This document shows, one piece after another, positions 34,994-46,092 of a stretch of DNA of 64,000 nt (the stretch's first letter is position 1; each line of letters begins with the position of its first letter). A program made the position numbers and the translations under genes. Source of the DNA: an uncultured Phycisphaerales bacterium (GTDB lineage: Bacteria; Planctomycetota; Phycisphaerae; Sedimentisphaerales; Anaerobacaceae). A model generated the notes under the pieces. The model worked only from the letters and a program-made list of their open reading frames with translations. It had not been told where the DNA came from and did no database searches. The DNA is taken from positions 128,001 through 192,000 of the forward strand of contig CAVYYI010000004.1 in NCBI GenBank assembly GCA_963772725.1, in the 5' to 3' direction.

Positions 34994-35848
34994 TCACCTG
35001 GCAGAAGATTCTTTTTTTGTTGCTACGCTGATCTCAAAATTAAGATGCGGTTTTCGAAGACTTTCATGGAATTTTTTCTGCTGGCGAAAAATATCGTCTG
35101 CAAGCGGATCCTTGCAACTTAATGGTTTCAAACTATGGGATACTGCCGGAGCATCAGAAAGTTCATTACCAGAAAGGTCAAATGCGTCAAAATTATTCTC
35201 TGTTTCATATTCATCATCCCAGCTTCGATTAACACTTGCCAGTCGGGCAAGATAGCCGGTATGCGCATGAAGTTGTCTTGAGATATCAATAGGGCTGATT
35301 CGGATGCGTATAATGACGGATTCAGTAATCTTGTCCAGCACCCTGTCAAGCATCAAGTCATCGTTTTTCTCATTAGGTTCAAATGAATCGATTGTGTAAT
35401 AGTAATCTGGGATTTTTGCATTGAAGAAACTATCGTGCAACGGCTGGATAAAATCTTCCCTGCGTACAATTGAGCAGTTCCATTCCAAACCTTTAGGTTC
35501 AAAAAAAGGCCTATCAACTTTTTTGAGTTCATAAAATCTGCTAAGCGTGCTGCCCGTAATAAGATGTTCGATGCTTTTAAGAGTCGAAGCCTCTGCAGAA
35601 TAAAGTTTCAGGTATAATTTCAATCTGCTCTGTTGATCACCTAAGCTCGTTGCAGTATCATAAATAAATAATATTTCTGCAGAAACGCCCGATGGCGGCA
35701 TGTTAGCAATGGTTCGCAATATATGTTCGCAGGCCTGCCAGCTGGCTTTGCGGACATCTCCGCCCGCAACTGCCTGAAACTGAGAAAAACCCGGGTCTGG
35801 AATTTCAGATATCCAGAAAGTTAAGCTTTTAAGCTCGCTACCCATCAA
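34994..35848 (-). pseudogene. N-terminal part of an unknown protein truncated by IS21
   Basis: Its stop codon TGA is the first three bases of the IS end. Confidence 0.7.
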
Positions 35849-36013
35849 ACACTCCTTTAGAGCATAACCCTTTTAAATCCAAGAAGTTATAGCATAAAAA
35901 TCGTATCGAGTTCCGTTTACGACTTTTTGCTCTAAAGTATATTGGAGGTGAGTGAGGGGAATCTTTCAGGAAAAATAAAAATTTTCAAGAAAATAACAAG
36001 GTTTCTAACGTGT

Positions 36014-39000
36014 TTAATGCTCTCTTGCAAAAATACCCGAAAGCATAAAAAGAAATGCGGGTATCAAAAATATTGCGCAAATTACTTTCCCCGCCTGATA
36101 ATTGCTCATACCGGTCAAATATACTAAAACAGCCATTATAAGTCCACCAACCATTCCTCCCATAAATAGTGCCACAAAGGGGAATCCTAATGCAATTTTA
36201 AATTTTTTATCCGAAGGAAGATGTGAAAACATACCCTTTGGTAATATTGAAGCGATCCAACCTATCTCGAAAAATATGCCAAATATTACACCTGTTAGCA
36301 ATCCTTGGAGGCTGCTTTCTTTGCCTGAGACCCAATTCACCAAAGACTTTATTCCATAAAATATGCCGGCCCCAATAGCAAAAATAACCAATAGAATAAT
36401 TGCAGGCACAATAATCCATTTTACAAATTTAGGCGTTAACAACAACAGATTATCAAAAGCCTTTTTAAATCGTTCGGCTCGTTTTCTTTTACGTTCCAGG
36501 ATGTTTTGAAGCCCTTTTGATATTTGTTGTTCTATAGACTTTGTCTCTGAGGATTGAGGGCATAATTTCAGTGCTTTTCCGCAAACCTCCATCGCATCCT
36601 GAAATTTCTTTTTCTTTAAAAGTCTTTTAGCTAAAATCATCAAAGGTTCGTATTCGTTTGAAGTCTCCGCAATATTGTCTCTTAGCTCATCAATTTCCCT
36701 TAAATTGGCCCACAAATTTTCAGCTTCATTTAATTCCATGGTTGCTTCATCAAATTCGGCTTTATTGCAAAATGTTTTGGCCGACTGTATTTTGTCACGT
36801 ACTTTCTTCTGCTCTGAAATAATTATTGCTATTAGCTCGGAAACATCTTTTGAATCGGGGCATATATTTTGCGACATCTTTGCTTTTTTCAGGGAGTGTT
36901 CTAAATCCTTCTTCTTTTTTGCTGTTTCGGCTTCTTTAAAAATCTGATGATATTGTTCTCTTGAACATTCAAGCAAATTTTTGCAGTCTGACAGTTCCGA
37001 TACAGTTGCCCACATGTACTCAATTTGTCTTAACAGAAACTCTGCCCTATTAAATTCAGCCGACCTTACAGCAGAGGTTGCTTGTTTTAAAAGTTTTTGA
37101 ACCTTTTCCTTGTTAGCATTTATTTGATTTGAAAGTGAATTAGCTACAGGTGAATCCGGACACAATTCCAAAGCCTGGGCGACCTTGCCGGCTGCTTTAG
37201 TTAAATCGCAGGATTTTATAGACAGCTCCGTATCGGTAATCAAATTATCATATGATTTTTTGACTACAGCAAACTTATCCTCTATTTTCAGAACTTCTTT
37301 ATTATCAGCCTGCAGTTTTTTGATTTCGGAAATTTTTTTTCCAACATCTTCAAACTCAGCCCATGAAAGTTGTCGGTAAGCCTGCCGAACTAATTCTTCG
37401 GTCTTTTTAAGTGTTTGCGAAATCTCATTAGAAAGGTTTATTGCATTCCGGCTTTTAGGAGCATATTGTAACGCTATCCTTATATTGGCATCAGCATTTC
37501 TAAGCAATCTCTGTCGGTGCAGTTCTAAAGCCTTGTCAAATGCCTCAGAATATTTTCCCACTCTTTTATGGCAACATTTAAGTAAATTAAGCACGTTGTC
37601 CTGATTTGGCACAAGCTCCAAACACCTTTGAAGCGATTTTTCAGCAATAGTAAATTGAGCTTCATCCATCTGGATTAAGGCATTTTCGACCCCCTTGTTA
37701 ACGTTCTTCAGTAGAATTTCTAAATTACTTATCTTTTCATCTGCTATCCTGTGCCTTGGTATAATATTCAAAATCTCTCGCCAAGCCTTAATTGCTTTTT
37801 CAATTTCACCAGCTTCTCTGAATTTATTTGCCTTAGCTGTTAAAGGGTGAATTTGTTTTTGTTTTTGATTTAAATCCGCAATAAGCTCTTCCGCACGTTT
37901 AGCGCTGTCTCCGGCTCCATCCTTGAACACCAGATCAAGGAGTTCGATAGCCCGTGCTGGGTCTTCATCCTTTAACATTTCAATCTTTTCCATACGCTCC
38001 TTCAGCAAATAATGAGCGGCTACTCCATGCTGTAAGCAGAAAGGACAATTATCCTGATCCAATCTGACACTCCTTGTACAGCGAGGGCATGGACGGAAAA
38101 AATCTTCCGAAAGAGGCTGAAGACATTCTTTACAATCTATCTTTTTGGGATCAATATTAATATGACCGCAATTAGAACATGCAATGTCAACGCTAAGAGC
38201 CCACCCTCTTCTTATATTATCCAGATCTTTGATAAGATATTCAATTTTTGAGTACCTGTTTTCCGGTTCTTTAGCCAGACACCGATCAATAATTGGCTGC
38301 CATGGTTTTAGTTCCTTTTTCAATCTTGGGGGCATTTTATTTAAATGCTGTTCTTTCAATTGTTCCTGTGTGCCTTGAAACGGCGGGCTGCCGTCAAGAA
38401 TTTCAAAAAGGATTATTCCAAGGCTATAAATATCACTGGTTGACTTAATATCTTTAGGACGGTCATTTCTGATTTGTTCGGGACTTGTATAAGGTAAAGT
38501 GCCAATGCTAACAGAATATCCGGGAACGTTTCCACTCAAGAGATTTTCGGGTGTCTGGGATATGCCAAAATCAGTCACCTTAATGGTAACATGTTCCTCA
38601 TTTATACATAAAAGAAAATTCTCTGGCTTGACGTCCATATGCACAATCAGGGGAACATGGATGGCCTGTACGCCCAGGCAGGCTTGTATAAACAAATCCA
38701 CACCTTCGGACATACGGCTTTCAATATCATAGTGTTCTGACAGCCATTTTCGAAAACTACCGCCATTGGCATATTCCATTGGCAATATTGCCAACTTAAG
38801 ACCTTCAAAATTGGCCGGGTGTATATCAAACGACTTTATGACATGTGTAAAATCATTGATTTTACTTCGAGATAAGAATTCCCGACGTAACTGTTCGAAA
38901 GAATCTTCGGCATTTTCATTGTTCAGTACCAACACTTTTATCGCAAGTTCCATCTGCAAAGCCGAATCATAAGCCCGATAAACAGTGCCAACGCTTTTCC

Positions 39001-40144
39001 CGATTTCACCTAATATCCGGTATCTGTCTGCAAGCAGATCGTTTTCCTTGATAGGCAGGTCGAATACAGCAGGATCAGGAGGTGAAAGATAAAACGAATT
39101 CACGACAGAATTTTTGAAATCGTTTAGTCCTGGCAAAACCGGACGAGCATCTTTTTCAAGATATTTCCTGATACTCTCGGCAAACTTTTTCGCATCAATG
39201 TATCTTCTCTTCGGGTCCTTCTCCATGGCTTTTAAGCATAGTTTGCCGAGTTCTTCCGGAATTTGTGGATTTATCGAACGCGGCGGTTTTGGCGTTGCGT
39301 GCTTTATCGCCTCAAATAATTCATGGATAGTTGTTTGGGAAAACGGCAGTTCATCGGTCATAAGCTGATAAAGCAAAATGCCCAGTGAAAACACATCCGT
39401 AGCCAGGGTGATATTGCCGACAGGCGGAATCTGCTCAGGCGCACTGTAGGGAGGAGAACCAACAAAGATATTACTATCAACAGCATCCATTCTGTGACGC
39501 TCAACGGAGATGCCAAAATCAAGTATTTTGGGTTCCAAATTCAAGTCCACCAGAATGTTTGATGGCTTGATATCCCTATGGATAATGTTCTTTTCATGCG
39601 CTATCGAAATGGCATCCAGAACTTTAAGAAAAAGCTCTAACTTTTTTATAAGAGGTTTTGCCGCACAAGCATCAATCAATGGCCTGCCATCAATCCACTC
39701 CATCACAAAAAATCTGATACCCTTCTTTTCTTCTGGCAGATACAAAGTCGCTATATTGGGGTGGTTAAGGCCGCCCATTAGGCGTGCTTCACGCCAGCGA
39801 TCTTCGTTAAGACCCACTTCCTTCGGCAGAAATTTTATCGCCACCCATCGTGCAGCCGAAGACTCTGATGCCTTAAACACTTGCCCCGAACCACCATGAC
39901 TGACTTTCATAACGATATGGTAGCGTTTTGGTAAAAAAGACTGAGCTTGCTTTATTGTAAGACCATGGGGTTCAATTAATAGAGACTTAATCTGAGGTAA
40001 AAGCATTTCATTTTTTCTAATTTCTTCAAACTGTGAACGGCAATCCCCACATTCTGCGAAATGAGCATCAAGTTGAGCTTTCTCATCTTCACTCAATTTA
40101 CCATTAATATAAAGCTCAATCTTTTTTACATCAGGACAAGACAC
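36014..40144 (-). CDS. zf-HC2 anti-sigma finger + two Ser/Thr kinase domains + zinc ribbon + TPR-like repeats + C-terminal TM helices
   Basis: HFAECGDC; HRDIKPSN/DFG; HMDVKPEN/DFG. Confidence 0.9.
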   Translation of the reverse strand: MSCPDVKKIELYINGKLSEDEKAQLDAHFAECGDCRSQFEEIRKNEMLLPQIKSLLIEPHGLTIKQAQSFLPKRYHIVMKVSHGGSGQVFKASESSAARWVAIKFLPKEVGLNEDRWREARLMGGLNHPNIATLYLPEEKKGIRFFVMEWIDGRPLIDACAAKPLIKKLELFLKVLDAISIAHEKNIIHRDIKPSNILVDLNLEPKILDFGISVERHRMDAVDSNIFVGSPPYSAPEQIPPVGNITLATDVFSLGILLYQLMTDELPFSQTTIHELFEAIKHATPKPPRSINPQIPEELGKLCLKAMEKDPKRRYIDAKKFAESIRKYLEKDARPVLPGLNDFKNSVVNSFYLSPPDPAVFDLPIKENDLLADRYRILGEIGKSVGTVYRAYDSALQMELAIKVLVLNNENAEDSFEQLRREFLSRSKINDFTHVIKSFDIHPANFEGLKLAILPMEYANGGSFRKWLSEHYDIESRMSEGVDLFIQACLGVQAIHVPLIVHMDVKPENFLLCINEEHVTIKVTDFGISQTPENLLSGNVPGYSVSIGTLPYTSPEQIRNDRPKDIKSTSDIYSLGIILFEILDGSPPFQGTQEQLKEQHLNKMPPRLKKELKPWQPIIDRCLAKEPENRYSKIEYLIKDLDNIRRGWALSVDIACSNCGHINIDPKKIDCKECLQPLSEDFFRPCPRCTRSVRLDQDNCPFCLQHGVAAHYLLKERMEKIEMLKDEDPARAIELLDLVFKDGAGDSAKRAEELIADLNQKQKQIHPLTAKANKFREAGEIEKAIKAWREILNIIPRHRIADEKISNLEILLKNVNKGVENALIQMDEAQFTIAEKSLQRCLELVPNQDNVLNLLKCCHKRVGKYSEAFDKALELHRQRLLRNADANIRIALQYAPKSRNAINLSNEISQTLKKTEELVRQAYRQLSWAEFEDVGKKISEIKKLQADNKEVLKIEDKFAVVKKSYDNLITDTELSIKSCDLTKAAGKVAQALELCPDSPVANSLSNQINANKEKVQKLLKQATSAVRSAEFNRAEFLLRQIEYMWATVSELSDCKNLLECSREQYHQIFKEAETAKKKKDLEHSLKKAKMSQNICPDSKDVSELIAIIISEQKKVRDKIQSAKTFCNKAEFDEATMELNEAENLWANLREIDELRDNIAETSNEYEPLMILAKRLLKKKKFQDAMEVCGKALKLCPQSSETKSIEQQISKGLQNILERKRKRAERFKKAFDNLLLLTPKFVKWIIVPAIILLVIFAIGAGIFYGIKSLVNWVSGKESSLQGLLTGVIFGIFFEIGWIASILPKGMFSHLPSDKKFKIALGFPFVALFMGGMVGGLIMAVLVYLTGMSNYQAGKVICAIFLIPAFLFMLSGIFAREH

Positions 40145-40155
40145 TAATAACGCTC

Positions 40156-40746
40156 CTAATCATCTTTTGCTAAATCAGCTTCTAATTCCCGTATTCTTTT
40201 CAATATTTTGTGTTTGATAACATAAATGCTATCCACTGTTTTGTTAAACTGGGCAGCTACTTCTGAGGGAGTTTTCCCGTGTACCACCAAAAGCTCAAAT
40301 ATCGGAATATCCTTCCGATATTCGCGGCTAACCCTATCAAGGCACTTTGCGAGATCCCTTTCCTGCCATCCATCATCCCATGTTTGTTCTGTGCTTTTAT
40401 CTGCCACTGAGTCCAAGAATGAAGTTCCGGTTGTCTCGTCGGCTACTAATTTTTCCCGGGGGAGGCGTCTTTGAACATCTCGTATCACATTATATGCTAT
40501 GCCAAAAAGCCATTTTCTAAGTTTGCCTTTGCCTTTGCCTCTTATGTATTTTCCTTCACGATACAATTTCACAAATGTCATCAGTGTCTCTTGGGCAGCG
40601 TCTTCTGCGTTGTGATGGGAAAGACCCAATTTAGCTCCAAATTTGACCAGCATAGGATAACGATCTTCGCTGAGCATATTCCATGCATCTTCCTTACCGG
40701 CGATTAACTCATTTAACAAAATTGTTGTGGTAACCCATTCCTTCAT
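40156..40746 (-). CDS. ECF sigma factor (kinase-associated type)
   Basis: AEDAAQE, LRKWLFGIA, region-4 HTH. Confidence 0.9.
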   Translation of the reverse strand: MKEWVTTTILLNELIAGKEDAWNMLSEDRYPMLVKFGAKLGLSHHNAEDAAQETLMTFVKLYREGKYIRGKGKGKLRKWLFGIAYNVIRDVQRRLPREKLVADETTGTSFLDSVADKSTEQTWDDGWQERDLAKCLDRVSREYRKDIPIFELLVVHGKTPSEVAAQFNKTVDSIYVIKHKILKRIRELEADLAKDD

Positions 40747-40901
40747 TATAAACCCTTAGAGCTAATACACTAATGATAACAAAATAAGGACAGAATAACA
40801 ACCCTTTAAACCCGCATCGGGAATGCACGATTTTTTGTTTCTACTATTCTGAAATCTATTCTTAACCATCACATGCCCTATTAATTAAGGCGTTTACGAA
40901 T

Positions 40902-41126
40902 TTGGTCATCCGTCCATATCATTTTAGCTGGGAGCGTGGCACCAATGAAACCACTAACGGCCTGCTGTGTCAGTTCTTTCCGAAGGGCGTAGATTTTGAT
41001 CGGATCAGTCAATCGGATGTTGACAGAGCGGTGGAACTATTGAATGATCAACCACGAAAGTGCTTGAACTATCGTACCCCGACAGAGGTCTTCTGGAGCA
41101 AACCTATGTGTTGCGATTCAGATTAA
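40902..41126 (+). pseudogene. IS30-family transposase C-terminal remnant
   Basis: PYHFSWERGTNETTNGLL..FPKG..LN..PRKCLNYRTP. Confidence 0.85.
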
Positions 41127-41161
41127 ATTTTGGGCTATTTTTTACAAGTCTTTTTACGACT

Positions 41162-43711
41162 TCAAAAATACACATACCAAGCCCAGGATCTAAACATATT
41201 TCCTTGAGTTCCAGTAGTAACATTCCAAACACAAATAGAATTACCACACCCTAAAATATATCTACTGTCGCGGGAAAATTTGATAGAATAACGATTATAC
41301 GAATTTTCATTTAATGTAATAACGCAACCTCCACTGTGAACATCCCATATTTTTATAGGTGTATAATGTCCTGATGATGCAACATATTTACCATCAGGTG
41401 AAAAAATGACTGAAGTTAGATTGCGATGATTTGGCTCCTTGAGTGTCCTTAGGCAATCTCCGGTATAAACATCCCAGATTTTAATCTCGCCATGAGAACT
41501 AGCGGAAAGAATATGTTTCCCATCCGGAGAAAAATCAACAGAATTTACATTGCTACTGTGTCCTTCAAGGGTTTTAAGACAATTACCCTTATCAGTCTCC
41601 CATATCTTTACTGTGCCATCAGAACTTCCAGAGACAATATATTTGCCGTCAGGTGAAAAAACGACAGAACAAACGTTATCACTATGCCCTTCTAAAGTCT
41701 TAAAACAAACATCTGTATAGGCATCCCATATCTTTATTGTCTTATCAGAACTTCCAGAGACAATATATTTGCCGTCAGGTGAAAAAACAACTGAATGTAC
41801 CCTATCTGGATGTCCCATTAAAGTTCTAAGACAATTGCCAGTAGGTACATCCCAGATTTTTATTGAATAATCACCACCTGCTGATGCTATATACCTTCCA
41901 TCAGGAGAGAAAACGACAGAATTTACACCATATCTATGTCCCCTTAAAGTTCTGAGGCAATTGCCAGTAGGTGCATCCCAGATTTTTATCGAATCATCAT
42001 AACCCGCTGAAGCTAGATATCTTCCATCTACTGAAAAACTTATATCGCCTACACCTCCTGAGTGGCTTGTTCTCGAGACATACATCATCAACCCTGTTAA
42101 TATTGAGGCTAAAATTAATATGAATAAAAGCCATTGCCAGGGTTTATTTGTTTTATTCAAAGGTTTTTTAAATCTCATATTCGCAAAAAAATGAGCACTA
42201 ATGCTTGCCAAAATTGCCAGTGGAACGATCAACCCGCAAAAGGGTAAAAAAACCTCGCGTCTTGTCACCAAGGTATAAATAATAATCGGTACCACAAGAA
42301 TGGGCAGTGATATAAGCAGTCCCGCAATGGCAGAGAGAAATACGTTACGCATTTTAAAAGCAGCAAGTAATGTTAAAGAGATCGGCAAAGCTAATAAGTA
42401 TAGGAATATAATTTCATCTTCTAAAAAAGTGCCGGTGAAATACCTGAAAAATGCAATTACTACAGCAGCAAGAGAAACTATTATTCCTGACACCATAGCC
42501 AGTGTTAATAGACACCCCAAAGCAAAACCAAATTTTGAACTTTTCAGGAAAGCAAAACAAAAACATATAAATTTCCAACAGAAGCCACCCATTGTCCGTA
42601 TTAAAGCGGTACACAACCCTTTTTTGCTTTCGGTGGGTTCCCCTGTAGGAACAGCCTTTTCAGCACGCCCATGCCCAGCGGTAACTGTTTTTTGGGTCTC
42701 TTGAACAACTATTTTCTTTTCAACCCTGACCTGCGGTTTTGTCTTTAATAGTTCAATAACCTCTCTTGCAGTTTTTGGCCTTTCCTCGGCTTCTTTGGCC
42801 AAAACTCGCTGCAGAACATCATTAGCATAATCAGGAATGCCTTCAATAGGAGCAGGTTTTTCATGGACAATCTGATACTCTATTGGGCCGGTAGAAAATG
42901 GTACTTTTCCGTTTAAACATTCATAGCAAATGACACCCAGAGAATATATATCCATAGATAGTGAGGGTCTCTGACCTCTGACTTGTTCGGGCGACATATA
43001 GGGCAATGTTCCAGAAATATCATCTTTGCCGGTAATGGCGGTGTAGGAATCGTGGATTTCTCTTGCTACGCCGAAATCAAGGATTTTGACATAGCCCTTC
43101 TTGTCTACCATTACATTCGAGGATTTCAAACCCCTGTTAATAACCGGAGGAATTTGACTATGGGCATAATCCAAAGCTGCTGCAATCTTTTCGGCAATAT
43201 TTATAGTCTCTTCGAGACTTACTTTGCCTTGAGGGCTTCTGGAGATTTTTTCTTCGAGTGTTTGCCCATCAATATATTCCATTACCAGAAACTTAATATC
43301 ACCGTCCGAATGAAAACCATATAGACGAATAATGTTAGGATGATTCAGGTTGATGGCCGTGACAGCTTCTTTGCGAAGATTATCTATCGCACGGGTATTT
43401 CTGGAAAGTAACGGCGGAAGCACTTTTACCGCTACCGGCTGATTACGCATTTGGGTGTCTTCGGCAAGGTAAACAACGCCTATCCCGTTTTCGTCTATCT
43501 TTCTGATTATACGGTATTGTCCTACAAGAATAGTAGCTTCGCCGCCTGTGGTTGCCGCAAGGGTATCATATTGAGGTTGTTTGCTTTGCTGCCCAGGTGT
43601 GACTGCACGGTCAAGGGTGTCTGTGTCGTGCCTGTTAAGCAACTTACCGCAGTGTTTGCACTTTAGAGCGTTATCTCTAATTTCCTTATCACAATATGGA
43701 CAGCGTCTCAT
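41162..43711 (-). CDS. Zinc ribbon - (pseudo)kinase - TM helices - WD40 repeat protein
   Basis: CPYC..CKHC; VAVK, NRGLKSSN, DFG; about seven 'GH..V.SV.FSPDG..I.S...D..IKIWD' repeats. Confidence 0.9.
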   Translation of the reverse strand: MRRCPYCDKEIRDNALKCKHCGKLLNRHDTDTLDRAVTPGQQSKQPQYDTLAATTGGEATILVGQYRIIRKIDENGIGVVYLAEDTQMRNQPVAVKVLPPLLSRNTRAIDNLRKEAVTAINLNHPNIIRLYGFHSDGDIKFLVMEYIDGQTLEEKISRSPQGKVSLEETINIAEKIAAALDYAHSQIPPVINRGLKSSNVMVDKKGYVKILDFGVAREIHDSYTAITGKDDISGTLPYMSPEQVRGQRPSLSMDIYSLGVICYECLNGKVPFSTGPIEYQIVHEKPAPIEGIPDYANDVLQRVLAKEAEERPKTAREVIELLKTKPQVRVEKKIVVQETQKTVTAGHGRAEKAVPTGEPTESKKGLCTALIRTMGGFCWKFICFCFAFLKSSKFGFALGCLLTLAMVSGIIVSLAAVVIAFFRYFTGTFLEDEIIFLYLLALPISLTLLAAFKMRNVFLSAIAGLLISLPILVVPIIIYTLVTRREVFLPFCGLIVPLAILASISAHFFANMRFKKPLNKTNKPWQWLLFILILASILTGLMMYVSRTSHSGGVGDISFSVDGRYLASAGYDDSIKIWDAPTGNCLRTLRGHRYGVNSVVFSPDGRYIASAGGDYSIKIWDVPTGNCLRTLMGHPDRVHSVVFSPDGKYIVSGSSDKTIKIWDAYTDVCFKTLEGHSDNVCSVVFSPDGKYIVSGSSDGTVKIWETDKGNCLKTLEGHSSNVNSVDFSPDGKHILSASSHGEIKIWDVYTGDCLRTLKEPNHRNLTSVIFSPDGKYVASSGHYTPIKIWDVHSGGCVITLNENSYNRYSIKFSRDSRYILGCGNSICVWNVTTGTQGNMFRSWAWYVYF

Positions 43712-44484
43712 CCTTGCTATGTCCTATAAAATGGATACAAATAACGACCAGAAAATATCATATATTCTAACAAATGGCCAGAAAATTACATCATGTCATT
43801 TCAATTTTCAATTTGGCAACCTCTCAGCCTCTGAACAAACGCCATGAAAACTATTGTCTGTCATCACACAACTTTAAATGGCCTGTTTTTTTATAGATAG
43901 CAAAATAGCACGCATAAAGGGCCGTATGCCAAGCAAAGCAGAATAGAAATGCCTTAAAAGTAAAGAAATAGGGATAACAGAATCAACAGGATTGACACCG
44001 AGATTTCCCTGCGGGCGGTAATTGAAGCTGATTTTTGTGTATTCGGCTATTTACAATTTTTCCCCCAGCCTTTTTGTACAAAACATAGGCTTCGACGCAG
44101 GACACTATTTATAATTTTTGATCTGTAAGCACCTCATTAGGCCTGATACTATCACATACCCAACAGTAATGTCCCACAAGAACCGCCTTGAGGTGCAGCC
44201 TGTACCACTCTATACGAATGCACATCTGTTTTTTTTATTTATCCATACCTCTGTCCAATCCTCCGAGCATCCAGATTCATTCAAAAGTTCGTAACCATGT
44301 TCCTTCAATACTTCATCTATGTACATTTTATTTCCACCTCCGTACCACTTCAGGCACCGCTTCATTATTAAGCGGTGCCTGAAAAATGAGGTAGAAAGTC
44401 TACGAATTGGCGAAGTCGTCTCTGGAGTTGTAAACTTACCAATGGATTGGGAAAACACATTGCCAAAAGGTATGAAAGCAAAAC

Positions 44485-45282
44485 TTTTTTAGGTGCTAAT
44501 AGAACGATAAGAGGCTGAAATTGCAAAGATAAACGTACTTACGATAACAATGCAGGCACCGGTTGGCAAATCAAGGTAAAATGACAGAAAGAATCCTGCC
44601 ACCGTCGACAGGATGCCAAAAAGCATTGAAGTTATAACAACCGCTTTGTGTCCCCTGCAGATTTCGATAGGCTGCAGCAGCTGGATTTGTTATAAGGCTG
44701 AAAATCATCAATCCTCCAATTATTTGTAGATTGACTGAAAGTGTGATACCACACAAGGCCAAAAAAAGACAATAGACCAAACCCTCGTGTACGCCAGTTG
44801 CAGAAGCGATAGAGCGGCTGAATAAAAGCACTTTCATTTCTTTGTTAAAAAGAACGGAAAACAATGCAAGTAACAATCCTATTACTGTAATTGCTATAAC
44901 GGATTTTTTTTGAACAAAAAGAATGCTGCCCCAAAGCAATCCTAACATTTCAGAACGGCTGTTTTCTACCAGACCTATGCCTAAAAAAGTCAGTCCAAGC
45001 ATGAAGGAAAACAGGATAGCCAAACCGACATTTGTATCAAGCCTGGATTTCTCAGGTGGTATAACAGCCATAGACATCGCGGTTGCTATGGAAAAGGCGA
45101 TAGCACCGACAATGGGATGGATTCCAAGCAGACATGAAAAAATTGTCCCAGCCATAGCCGCATGTGAAATGCAGGTGCCAATAAATGGCATTCGCATACC
45201 AACAATATACACTCCCAAAAGGCCGGTGCTTGCTCCTGCAACTGCTCCCGCAAATATAATTAAATAAAAGAAAGAGTCCATA
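44485..45282 (-). CDS. Metal ABC transporter permease (ZnuB/MntB type), frameshift near 44.66 kb
   Basis: ISHAAMAG, LLWGSIL, PAAAA. Confidence 0.85.
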
Positions 45283-45285
45283 GGT

Positions 45286-46092
45286 TTATTTGCGGTTCCT
45301 TTCCCGGCTGAAAATGTATTTATTTCCTTCTGTTTCAAGAATATTTATTTTGCATTCATACACCTGTTGAATAATTTCTGATGTTAAGACCTGTTCGCTG
45401 TTACCGTCAGCGAGTATATGTCCTTTATGAAGTAAAATAGTACGTTCGGCGTTTACCGGAATTGACATAACTTCGTGTGATACCATTAAAACAGTAAGAT
45501 GCAGTTCCCGTTGAATTTCTCGAACCATAGAGATGATTTTTAATTTCCAGCTGAAATCAAGATTGGATGTTGGTTCATCCAACATAAGCAAAAGAGGCCC
45601 CTGCACCATTGCGCGGGCAATAAGAACTTTCTGCTTTTCACCTCCGGAAAGACTCCGGAAGGTCTGGTTCCTCTGGTCATTGAGCCCAAGTCTTTCGAGC
45701 CATAAGTCCACCTGCTCATAATCAGACCGGTTTAATCTGCTCATAAGCGGCTTTACACTGGTTCGTCCCATTGCAACTATTTCTCTCGATATGAATGGTA
45801 ATTCAGAATTGTACTCAGTAGCTTGAGGAATATAACCGATTCGTTTTCTTAGGTTACTTTTTTGCCAGGGATTAAGTGTGTTTATTGGGATCTGATTAAA
45901 AATAACGGTTCCCTTTGAGGGGTTCAATAATCCGCAGAGTATTTTCAAAAGAGTCGTTTTGCCGGCACCGTTTGTCCCGATTATGTTAATAAACTGGCCG
46001 GATTGAATCTGCAAGTGCTTAATATCGAGTATAGTTTTACCCGAACGGCTTACATTGATATCAGATAATTCCCAAAGAGTTTCCGACATCAT
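45286..46092 (-). CDS. Metal ABC transporter ATPase
   Basis: GTNGAGKTT, LSGGEKQ, LDEPT. Confidence 0.92.
   Translation of the reverse strand: MMSETLWELSDINVSRSGKTILDIKHLQIQSGQFINIIGTNGAGKTTLLKILCGLLNPSKGTVIFNQIPINTLNPWQKSNLRKRIGYIPQATEYNSELPFISREIVAMGRTSVKPLMSRLNRSDYEQVDLWLERLGLNDQRNQTFRSLSGGEKQKVLIARAMVQGPLLLMLDEPTSNLDFSWKLKIISMVREIQRELHLTVLMVSHEVMSIPVNAERTILLHKGHILADGNSEQVLTSEIIQQVYECKINILETEGNKYIFSRERNRK

Larger units (their letters stand above)
32526..34996 (-). mobile_element. IS21-family element, copy 1 (2471 bp)
   Basis: istA/istB; TG..CA ends; near-identical to copy 2. Confidence 0.95.

Noticed and set aside
31864..35848. In-frame fusion of ORF 34994..35848 with 31864..32538 after removing IS21 and a 5-bp duplication
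   Set aside because: The frames are compatible, but the duplication is imperfect (CCAGG/CCTGG) and the downstream ORF has its own RBS. Left unresolved.
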